A stretch of DNA of 64,000 bases. Source: the human T2T-CHM13v2.0 reference genome, Homo sapiens. Shown piece after piece: positions 53,541 to 64,000 of this stretch. Numbering within the stretch: the first letter of the stretch is position 1; every line of letters starts with the position of its first letter. The DNA lies in NCBI RefSeq assembly GCF_009914755.1, contig NC_060930.1; one strand, given 5' to 3'. A model generated the notes under the pieces. It saw nothing but the letters and a program-made list of their open reading frames with translations. It was not told the origin of the DNA and made no database searches. A program made the translations under genes and the position numbers.

Positions 53541-53558
53541 GGTGCAAATCCGGCCGCG

Positions 53559-54647
53559 ATGAACGCGAGCGCCGCCTCGCTCAACGACTCCCAGGTGGTG
53601 GTAGTGGCGGCCGAAGGAGCGGCGGCGGCGGCCACAGCAGCAGGGGGGCCGGACACGGGCGAATGGGGACCCCCTGCTGCGGCGGCTCTAGGAGCCGGCG
53701 GCGGAGCTAATGGGTCTCTGGAGCTGTCCTCGCAGCTGTCGGCTGGGCCACCGGGACTCCTGCTGCCAGCGGTGAATCCGTGGGACGTGCTCCTGTGCGT
53801 GTCGGGGACAGTGATCGCTGGAGAAAACGCGCTGGTGGTGGCGCTCATCGCGTCCACTCCGGCGCTGCGCACGCCCATGTTCGTGCTGGTAGGCAGCCTG
53901 GCCACCGCTGACCTGTTGGCGGGCTGTGGCCTCATCTTGCACTTTGTGTTCCAGTACTTGGTGCCCTCGGAGACTGTGAGTCTGCTCACGGTGGGCTTCC
54001 TCGTGGCCTCCTTCGCCGCCTCTGTCAGCAGCCTGCTGGCCATTACGGTGGACCGCTACCTGTCCCTGTATAACGCGCTCACCTATTACTCGCGCCGGAC
54101 CCTGTTGGGCGTGCACCTCCTGCTTGCCGCCACTTGGACCGTGTCCCTAGGCCTGGGGCTGCTGCCCGTGCTGGGCTGGAACTGCCTGGCAGAGCGCGCC
54201 GCCTGCAGCGTGGTGCGCCCGCTGGCGCGCAGCCACGTGGCTCTGCTCTCCGCCGCCTTCTTCATGGTCTTCGGCATCATGCTGCACCTGTACGTGCGCA
54301 TCTGCCAGGTGGTCTGGCGCCACGCGCACCAGATCGCGCTGCAGCAGCACTGCCTGGCGCCACCCCATCTCGCTGCCACCAGAAAGGGTGTGGGTACACT
54401 GGCTGTGGTGCTGGGCACTTTCGGCGCCAGCTGGCTGCCCTTCGCCATCTATTGCGTGGTGGGCAGCCATGAGGACCCGGCGGTCTACACTTACGCCACC
54501 CTGCTGCCCGCCACCTACAACTCCATGATCAATCCCATCATCTATGCCTTCCGCAACCAGGAGATCCAGCGCGCCCTGTGGCTCCTGCTCTGTGGCTGTT
54601 TCCAGTCCAAAGTGCCCTTTCGTTCCAGGTCTCCCAGCGAGGTCTGA
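53559..54647 (+). CDS. GPR6: G protein-coupled receptor 6 (class A orphan GPCR, GPR3/6/12 family), 362 aa, coding sequence in a single exon
   Basis: MNASAASLNDSQ...RSRSPSEV; 1089 nt = 362 codons + TGA. Seven hydrophobic segments, TM1 GEN, TM2 LATADLL, DRY, GWNC...C in ECL2, SWLP, NPIIY, C-terminal CGC and S-E-V PDZ-type end. Matches the human GPR6 protein as I recall it. The ORF-track ATG at 53535 lies in the intron acceptor (tATGcag|G). Confidence 0.99.
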   Translation: MNASAASLNDSQVVVVAAEGAAAAATAAGGPDTGEWGPPAAAALGAGGGANGSLELSSQLSAGPPGLLLPAVNPWDVLLCVSGTVIAGENALVVALIASTPALRTPMFVLVGSLATADLLAGCGLILHFVFQYLVPSETVSLLTVGFLVASFAASVSSLLAITVDRYLSLYNALTYYSRRTLLGVHLLLAATWTVSLGLGLLPVLGWNCLAERAACSVVRPLARSHVALLSAAFFMVFGIMLHLYVRICQVVWRHAHQIALQQHCLAPPHLAATRKGVGTLAVVLGTFGASWLPFAIYCVVGSHEDPAVYTYATLLPATYNSMINPIIYAFRNQEIQRALWLLLCGCFQSKVPFRSRSPSEV

Positions 54648-55142
54648 AGGGCTCGCCCCGTGTCCTCTCACCAACACCACACCCCAACAAGCCAGCCTTT
54701 GGTAAGCTCGGTGCCTGCTGACGAACTCTGAGATCCCAATGGTGTGAGTCTGACTTTGGAAAGAAAAAGGGACTAAAGAGAAATGTAACAAACTTACAAG
54801 GACAAAGAGGCTTGTTGGCACTTTACATATACAGTGTATACATGTGTACATATATATACAAATATTTGTATCTTCTGGAGGTGTTCAGGATGTGGAGCTT
54901 CCTGTTCTGTGAAAAACCAAGAAAAAGATATGGTTGTATACTCAAATTGTACATCACGTTTGTCAAACGAAGACATTCCAATACTGCTTAATTATAGCAC
55001 TTTATTTTTAGCTGCTGAACTGCCAAAACAGTGTTGCCATTTTCAAGGGCAGGGAAAAGGGAGTAAAAGGTGTATTTTTGTCGTATGTGATAGAATATTT
55101 TGCTGCACATGCATCAACAAATTACAACATGTTTTGTACACG

Positions 55143-55148
55143 AATAAA
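55143..55148 (+). terminator. GPR6 polyadenylation signal
   Basis: AATAAA ~500 nt after the stop codon, with upstream TGTA and a downstream GT-rich tract (TTTGGGGTATGT); repeats begin shortly after. Confidence 0.85.
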
Positions 55149-55225
55149 CCCATTACAAGAATGTAATTTGGGGTATGTCACTGACTACAGAATTACAATT
55201 AGCTGAATTGTAAGTGTATGAGTGT

Positions 55226-55450
55226 CTTTCTTTCCTTTCTTTCTTCCTTTCTTTCTTTCTTGCTTGCTTGCTTTCTCTTGCTTTCTTTCTTTCTCTTTCG
55301 TTTGTTCGAGATAGAGTCTCACTCTGTCGCCCAGGCCTGAATGCAGTGGCACAATCATAGCTCAGTGCAGCCTTGAACTCCTGGGCCCAAGAAATCCTGC
55401 TTTAGCATCCCTAGTAGCTGGGACTACAGGCATGCCACAGCACTCACCTT
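55226..55450 (-). mobile_element. AluJ right arm with (TTTC)n tail
   Basis: GAGATAGAGTCTCACTCTGTCGCCCAGG...GCTGGGACTACAGG. Confidence 0.85.
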
Positions 55451-55454
55451 ACTT

Positions 55455-55852
55455 TATTTATTTTTTTAAGTTTTTAAAATTTCAGTAGTTTTGAGGGTAC
55501 AGGTGCCTTTTTTGGTTACATAGATGAGTTCTTTAGTAGTGAATTCTGAGATTTTAGTGCACCTGTCACCTGAGCAGTGTACACTGTACCTGATATGTAA
55601 TCTTTTATCCCTCACCTCCCTCCCAACCTCTCCCCACTGCAAGTCCCCACAGTCCATTATATCACTCTATATGGTTTTGTGTCCTCATAGCTTAGCTCCC
55701 ACTTATAAGGGAGATCATATTGTATTTGATTTTTCATTCTTGAGTTACTTCACTTAGAATAATGGCCTCCAGCTTCATTCCAGGTTGCTGAAAAAGACAT
55801 TATTTCACTCCTTTTTATGGCTGAGTAGTATTCCATAGTATATCTATATCTA

Positions 55853-55896
<44 letters not shown>

Positions 55897-55975
55897 ATCT
55901 ATCTATCATCTTTTCTTTATCCAATCCTTGGTTGAAGGGCAAGTAGGTTGGTTCCGTATCCTTGCAATTGCAAGT
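55455..55975 (-). mobile_element. L1 (old PA/PB) 3' end containing a (TATC)n microsatellite
   Basis: TTTTTGGTTACATAGATGAGTTCTTTAGT...GAGTTACTTCACTTAGAATAATGGCCTCC; (TATC) run at 55841-55910. Confidence 0.88.
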
Positions 55976-57540
55976 TTATTATGTAGCATCATTCTCCTGA
56001 GAAAACCTTAACGTAAAAAAATCATATGCATTTGCACATTGTTCATAAACTTTCACTGAAATACCAAATTTATATCATTGTGGTTGGGGAGGGAGGGTGC
56101 AGGAAGGGAGTAATATATTCATGTGGCAGTATTCACAGGACAACAAAGGGTTACTGGTGTTATCTGTGCAATTTAGTCTACTCCCTTGGTTAGTGGGTTT
56201 GGAAAACAAGTATCCGAGGATGTCCGAAAACATATCTTCCTCTCATTCCCTGTGCACTTGTGAATCCTGAAACCACAACTTTCATTTGTAATTTTTCCAG
56301 TATGGCAAGAATTTTAAATGTCTAAAATTCATGTTGACTTAATACATTGTCGCTGGCCAGATCTTGTAGTAAAATGCACAGGCTTGTAAAATGAATAAAT
56401 TCTTCCAAGACAGAATTCCAAGATATATACCTCCGACCTCATGAGGTACACAAAAGTATATCCAGTATCCTCTCTTGAGGTGCTCTCACCTTCAAAAGAG
56501 GGCACTAAAATCCTTAAGCACTAAACATTCTTATTCCACTGATAGATGTGAGTCATGATGATTCCCCTCCTTCCCTTCTTATAGGATGATGTGAGGATAA
56601 ATTGGAGAACACATGAGGGCATGCTCTGAACCCTCTGTGAATTAATATGCACACCAGCACAAGTCGTTACTACTCTTATGCCTTAGGAAAATACACACAA
56701 GCAAATTTATTGAGTTCCTACTATCCTACTATTGAGTTCCTAGACACAATTCCACGGATTGGAATATGGAAGTGAAAAAAAAAAAACAGGCAAGAAGTCT
56801 CTGAACTCCATAGTGCTACCTTCTAGTGGGGAAGATGGCCTACAAGCAAACAAACAAATATATAATGTCATGTTAGGATAAATGCTAACAAAGAAAATAA
56901 AGGAGGATGAGAGATGGAGTGCTCCAGTTAGGGTGGCCAGGGAAGATCTCTCTGAGGAGATAACATCTAGGAGGAAAGCTCAGTGAAGGGAGAATGAGAT
57001 GCATGAGCATGCAAGGGAACAGCTTTCCAGACAGAGGAAGCAACAAGTGTGAAGGCTTCCAGGTGGGAGCATGGTCTTCAAGTTCAAGGAACAGCAAGGA
57101 GGTCAACGTGGCTAGACAGGCTGAACAAGGAGAAGAGAGGCATGCAGTTAACTTGAAGGACCTGGGATACGATCATCTCAAACTTCACAGGCCACTATAG
57201 GGACTTGGGCTTTGACCCTGAGTGATATGAAAGTGACATGATATGGTTTATATTTTTAAAAAAATCACTCTAGCTATCCTGTTGAAAATAGTCTCTAGGA
57301 GGGTCAGAGTGAGAGCAGGAGATAGGGGTCTATAAACATAATCCCCATGAGAAATGACAGTGGCTTGAGGCACAATGACAGTGGTGGAGATGGTGAGAAG
57401 TAGTAGATTCTAGAAATGTGTTGAAGGATAAATGGGAGGTGGGGCATGAAAGAAAAAAGTTCGGAATTCATCCAATGAGTGAATGCGGGGCTTTAGTGAG
57501 CAAGGAAAAACTGAGGGTTGGGGGGGTGTACATTGGGAAG

Positions 57541-57984
57541 TGTGACGATTAATTTTATGTGTCAACTTGGCCAGACAATAGGGAGCCCAGATATTTGGTC
57601 AAACACATTTTGATCATTTGAAGTCCTGAATAGAACAAAAATATTGGCCTCCCCCAAGCAAGAAAGAAGTCTTCAGTGGGTTTCCCTTGGACTCCACTTG
57701 CAACATTGGCTCTTCCTGGTTCTACGGAAGATGGTCTTGAGACTGGAACTACAGTGTCGACTTCCCTGGGTTGTCAGCCTCCTGGCCCACCTTGCAGATT
57801 TTGGACCTGCCAGCCTCCATAATCATTGAAAAATTCCTTAGAATAAATGTCTTCATGTGCACATATGCGCACGTGCGCACGCACACACACACACACACAC
57901 ACACGCACATCCAATGGGTAGGATATATCTATGTACATATACATCCTATTGGTCCTGTTTCTCTGAAGAATGCTGACTAATACG
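57541..57984 (+). mobile_element. MLT2 (B/D-like) solo LTR
   Basis: TGTGACGATTAATTTTATGTGTCAACTTGGC...TGCTGACTAATACG; 5-bp TSD GGAAG. Confidence 0.88.
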
Positions 57985-58159
57985 GGAAGGGTGGCAAATT
58001 TAAAAAGTTAGTTTTAAATACCTAGAGAGCTCACGTGTGCAGTTTATTCATTTATTTATTTCACAAACACTTCTATAGCACTTACTATATGCCAGACACT
58101 GCTCTAAACCCTTTACAAATATTAGCTTATTTAATCACCACCTTTATTTAATTCCAAAC

Positions 58160-58635
58160 TGGTTAGGTCTCAGCAGGAGACAAATGGCACACTCAAACCA
58201 GGTGACTGAGGAGAGTTTAATGAGGAGACTATTTATAAAAGTGTGAGCATAGTTAAGGGAAATCAACAAGGAATGGTGAAACACCCCCAGAGCCAGCACC
58301 AGCAGGGCTGTGAGAACGGGGAAGAAGAGAGAGCAATTACTGGAACCAGGAGAGAGGGCTTTAGGTCTCGGCTGTCCAGCAGGAGCTATGGCCTTCAACA
58401 GAGGAAGGCAGCAACTGCCAACCTATGGCTTGACAGGGAGAGATCTGGGAGAATAAATTACTCTCTTCCCTCCGTCCCACCTCTTGATGGAGGCTTCCAT
58501 TAACTAAACTGTCAGAAGCCAGACAGCAAGACAACTCTTTGGTGCAGGCCACACAGATCAGCTTCCCTGGGCACTGAGCAGATAGAGAAGGGTGAGAAGT
58601 GGACCTGCTGGTGCAAACAGAGAATATCCAGCACA
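58160..58635 (-). mobile_element. ERVL LTR (LTR41/LTR33-like) inserted in a MIR
   Basis: CAGCAGGAGACAAATGGCACACTCAAAC...GAGAATATCCAGCACA; MIR pieces on each side. Confidence 0.65.
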
Positions 58636-61600
58636 AACACTGTGAGCTCAGTACCCTTGTTGCCCCACTTTTTAGCTAAGGAAATGGAGGCACAGAGAGG
58701 TTAGCTGTGCATATCTGGAATTCAGGACCAAGGTCTAAGCAGGACAAATGAATTCAGGACTTGTCAACAGATAGGTAGTATGTAAAGCCATGGATCTAGA
58801 AGGGGTCACCTCATGATACTCATAGACAGAAAAGAGAAGAGGGCCAAGGACTGAGCCCAAGGAAATGGCAGCATTTAGAAATCAAGAAGAAATAGAGGAT
58901 CAAGCAAGGGAGAAAGAAAAGTGATCAGTGAGGTGGGAGGAAACCAAGAGTACAGTGACCCAAAAAATAAAGAAGAAAAAAGTGTGGGGAGAAGAAGTAG
59001 TCAACTGGTTCAAATGCAGCTGAGAGAATAAGTAAAATGAGAACTTTAAAAAATGGCTAAAGATGATGTCATGTGAATGTCATTGGTGAACTTGACAAGA
59101 AAAGCTTCAGGAGAGAGAGAGAAAAAAAAAGCCTGACTGTAGAAGATACAAGAGAAAATATATGAGCAATCTAGTCTCCAGCAACTCGCAACAGAACGGT
59201 GACCTTTTCAACACTATAAAACACACTACATTTTATAGATGTAGAGTTTTACACTGTCTATAAATTCAAATCAGGGAAGATCAGCATTATTGCTCACTCA
59301 TCAAATTAAAATTTTCTAAAGTATTAACTACCATCATGGACTCTTCAGCATCACCAGACACTGGTTCAGGTCCTATTATCATCTGGAATGCATTCAAGTG
59401 AACTAAAATGTAAAAGCTCGTGCCGTCAACTTTCTCATGTGTGATGGGGAAAACAATATAATTTCAGAAGTAGAACAAAAAAGTCAATATTATTTTATCT
59501 TTTATACTCACGGAGAAAAAATTTCTTGCAATCATCACATTAAGAAAGTTCAACACTAGAGTAATCAGACGCAAACCATGGATCTGTCTTCAATGCACTC
59601 ATTAATATTCAATATCTGCCCTGGTCCTAATAAAAATGTCTGGGAGAGCCAAGTTTAAGAAGATACTAAACAATCAAGTTGTTACTAATGCTGACTTACA
59701 CAGTTGGCCAAGCTGTGTAATGTCAGCAGGCTTAATATTAACCAACCTGGGAATATGAAAAAATAAAACTGTGAGAAGATCTTGAAACATTTCCACAGAA
59801 GAAAGTCACATATTCATTTGACCTATCAAATATTAATTAAGAATTACCTACTGCAAGATCCTATGCTAGTTGCTAGAAACATAGTCTTTTAAAAAGTTCT
59901 TTAAATTTTTTTATTTTTAATTTTTTTGTGGGTACATAGTAAGTATATATATGAAAACATGCAGTCTTGGAGAAAGGCAAGACTCACTCAAACAGCTAAC
60001 TGCCTACCCACTTTGTTGTCTAATGGGCATCCTAAATTTAACACATTTAAAATTGGACCACTGATCTTCACTTTTGAACCTGATCTTTATCCCTTATGTA
60101 TAAGTTAACAACAATGTCATCTTTCTGGGTATTCAGGCCAGAAACCTTAGACTCACACTTGCCCTTCTATTTCTCTCATACCTCACAATCAATGTGTCAG
60201 CAAAGCCTGTTGTCTTTACCTTCAATGTATACCCAGAATCCAGCCACTTCTCACCATCCACACCACTCTCATCATCTCTTGCCTGAATTACTATAGCAGC
60301 CTCCTGTCTTGTCTCCCACTTTTCAGTTATTGTGCCTATCCACCCACTATCTACACAGTGGCTCACCCACATAAACAGTTGCTCCTTGACTACTCTTCAG
60401 ATCTAGGCATAAACCTACCAGGAGTTCTTTATTTTATTTTATTTTATTTTATTATTTTATTTTAATTAATTAATTTTGTTTTTGAGACAGAGACTCACTC
60501 TGTTGCCCAGCCTGGAGTGAAATGCCATATAAGGCAATAGAAACAGCTCTGAGAACAGTACTAATGAAAAGTATGACAACAAAAGTATGCACAGAATAGA
60601 AAAGGATCCAACAGGAATGTCAGGAAAATGTTGTGCAGGTCTCCACTCAGGAGGCAACACCAAGCTGAGTCTAGAAGAACAAAAGAAATTTTGAAGGCAT
60701 TGAAGGGGGTGGGGGGTGTTCTAGGCGAAGAGGGCAACATGAAGCACAAAAGCATAGGCCACTCAGAGAAATGCAGGCCATTCAGCATGGCTGGAGTGAA
60801 TAAGATGTAGAGACCAGAGAGGAGGTGGCAGGAGATGAGTCTGGAAAGATAGAAGGAACCAGAGCACAAACAGCTGCATTGACAATGGATGTAGATGGAA
60901 AAGACTGGAACCCAAATACCATTTGGGAGGCTGGTTGCAGTAATGCAAGTGAGAGGTGATAACAGCGTGAGCTAAGCAGGGCAGAGGGCTGGGGAGGAGA
61001 TGAACTCAAGAGATCTCAATGAAGTAGAGTGTCTCAGACTCAGCGAGTGATTGTAGGGGCTGAAGAACAGTTTAGAAGTCAAGAGTGTTAAACTGCGTGA
61101 ATTCACTGAAATGGAAACATAGAGGGAGAGGAAGATTTGAGTAAGAGAATAACGAGTCAAGCTTTCTATGTATTGAATTTCAGGATCTGTGAGATATTGA
61201 GTGGCCCTGTGGCTTTGGAGCTCAATATTATTTTATCTTTTATACTTTGAAGCTCACAAGGATGCTTGGAATGGAGACATAATTTCTGTAGTCATTGACC
61301 TTACAGTGGAAGTGAAGCTATGGGAGGAAATGGGAATAGGCCAAGGTCATAGTCCGGGACCAGTAACATATGGAAGTAGAATGAAGAAAAGGAAAAGGGA
61401 AAAGGAGACCTAGGAGTGGCATCCAGGGAGAGCTTGAGAAGCCAAGAGGATGTGATTAAGTGTGTAAAGGCTGACAAGACATCAAGTAAATAGGGATTGG
61501 CAAGGGTTCAATTTAGGAACATGGTGGTCATTGATGGCTTCAGTGAGAGCAGCTTCCATGGAGAGTAGGATGAAAACTAGGTTGAGTGGATTGAGGATAA

Positions 61601-62059
61601 AATGGGAATTTTCATGTTTTTCAATAAATTTAGCTTTAAATGGAAGGAGAGAGATAGTATCTAGATGGAAATACAAAATCACAAGATAATCTTTCTCACT
61701 TTTAGACAGAGGAGAAATCACCACATAACTGGAAACACTGAAAATAGGAGAGGGGAAAGATGGCTGACAGAGTCAGGCTTGACAGGAGGAGGATGGGGTC
61801 CAGGACACAGTGTCAGAGGAAAGAGGAGTATAGACAGGAGGAGGTGGGGACACAGTTCCCCTACTCTGACAGGAGGCAAGGTGGGAATAATTGGTACTGA
61901 TAGATCTAAGTTTATGGGAGGTGGGAGGAAGTTCATAGAGTTCCTACCTGACAACCTAGATTCATCTGAAGGAGGAGTGCCAGTTAAGAGACTGTTACAA
62001 GAAGTATCGAGAACCTGAGTTGATGACATTGGGAACAAAGCTGCACACTTGAGACACTG

Positions 62060-62642
62060 TAATCATTTAACAAAAGGTGAAGTTCACACCATACAAGCAC
62101 TGCAAGAATGTAGAGCAATTAGAATTCTCATAGACTGATGGTGGAAAAGTAAAATGGTACAAACACTTTGGAAAATCTTTAGGTGGTTTCTCAAAAAGTT
62201 AAACAAAGTCCTAACATGTGACTCAGCCACCCACTAGTAAGTATTTACCCAAGAGAAATGAAAGAATATGTCTGCATAAAGGCTTGCACATGAATGTTTA
62301 TAGCAGCTTTATTTTTAACAGCCAAAAACTAGAAACAATTCAAATATCCATCAACAGTGAATGAGTATACAAATGGTGGTACATCCATATGATAGAATGC
62401 TACCCTGAAATTAAAAGCAATGAACTATTGGTACATGCAACACCATGGATATGTCTTCAAATAATTATGCTGAGTGAAAGAAGCCAAACCAAAAAAAAAA
62501 AAAAGAGCAAATAGAGCAGTATTCTGTTTATACAAAATCCTTTAAAATGTATAGTGACAGAGAAGATCAACGGTTGGGATTGGGGGTGTAGGAATGAGAG
62601 AGAGGAAGGGATTGAAAAGGAACACAATGAAAGTCTTGGAGT
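62060..62642 (+). mobile_element. Old L1M 3' region
   Basis: AAAATGGTACAAACACTTTGGAAA, TATTTACCCAAGAGAAATGAAA, ATGCTGAGTGAAAGAAGCCA. Confidence 0.85.
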
Positions 62643-63269
<627 letters not shown>

Positions 63270-63270
<1 letters not shown>

Positions 63271-64000
63271 GCTATTTATTACAAACCCACAGCTAACATC
63301 ATATTTAATGGGCAAAAGCTGGAAGCATTCCCTTTGAAAACCTGTACAAGACAAGGATGCCTTCTTTCACCACTCCTATTCAACATAGTATTGGAAGTTC
63401 TGGCCAGGGTAATCAGGCAAGAGAAAGAAATAAAGGATATTCAAATAGGAAGGGAGAAAGTCAAATTGTCTCTATTTGCAGATGACATGATTTTATATTT
63501 AGAAAACCCCATCATCTCAGCCCCAAAACCTCTGGAACTGATAAGCAACTTCAGCAAAGTCTCAGGATACAAAATCAATGTGCAAAAATCACAAGCATTC
63601 CTTTACACCAATAATAGGCAAGCAAAGAGCCAAATCATTAGTGAACTCCCATTTACAATCTCTACAAAGAGAATAAAATACCTAGGAACACAGCTAACAA
63701 GGGATGTGAAAGACCTCTTCAAGGAGAACTACAAACCACTGCTGAAGGAAATAAGAGAGAGGACACAAACAAATGGAAAAATATTCCATTCTCATGGATA
63801 GGAAGAATCAATATCATGAAAATAACCATACTGCCCAAAGTAATTTACAGATTCAGTACTATTCCCATCAAACTACCATTGACATTCTTCACAGAATTAG
63901 AAAAAGCTATTATAAATATCATATGGAATCAAAGAAGACCAGGTATAGCCAAGACAATCCTAAGCAAGAAGAACAAAGCTGGAGGCATCACGCTACCTGA
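63270..64000 (+). mobile_element. L1PA ORF2 (reverse transcriptase, frameshifted), runs off the window end
   Basis: KPTANII...[19 protein letters not shown]...[12 protein letters not shown] motifs; frameshift near 63760. Confidence 0.95.

Larger units (their letters stand above)
52590..54660. promoter_or_regulatory. CpG island spanning the GPR6 promoter, intron and CDS
   Basis: Very high GC and CpG density (e.g. GCGCGCCGCTCGC, GCGGCGCCGG) against the CpG-depleted flanks. Confidence 0.9.

Noticed and set aside
53535-53558. ORF-track start giving a 370-aa GPR6
   Set aside because: That ATG is inside the 3' splice site (TATGCAG|G) and is removed by splicing; the canonical start is 53559. Relevant only if the intron is retained.
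53366-54851. Long antisense and alternative-frame ORFs (225, 142, 120, 112, 234 aa) over GPR6
   Set aside because: Shadow ORFs expected from GC-rich codon usage; no recognisable domains.

Overview
Primate (very probably human) genomic DNA. About 52 kb of repeat-dense intergenic sequence (Alu, L1, L2, MIR, MaLR/ERVL/ERV1 solo LTRs, hAT-Charlie DNA transposons) is followed by the only recognisable protein-coding gene, GPR6, and then more repeats. GPR6 is a constitutively active, Gs-coupled class A orphan GPCR; from memory it lies at human 6q21 between FIG4 and WASF1. It is on the + strand with a 362-aa CDS at 53559-54647, inside a CpG island. The sequence supports a non-coding first exon (donor 52913), an alternative middle exon adding 15 N-terminal residues (ATG 53222, donor 53248), the main acceptor at 53540 and a polyA signal at 55143. 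I found no novel protein-coding system, RNA gene or CRISPR-like array. Nearly all ORF-track entries are repeat-derived or GC-rich shadow ORFs. The most interesting signals are regulatory: a perfect CRE upstream of a cAMP-generating receptor, a near-consensus REST/RE1 site, uORFs (one whose stop overlaps the long-isoform start as AUGA), and twin miR-17 8-mers plus a Pumilio element in a short 3'UTR. Also notable are a twin-primed inverted L1, an E-box minisatellite inside an LTR and a ~40-bp palindrome. Repeat subfamily names come from recognition, not a search, and boundaries of old repeats are approximate.
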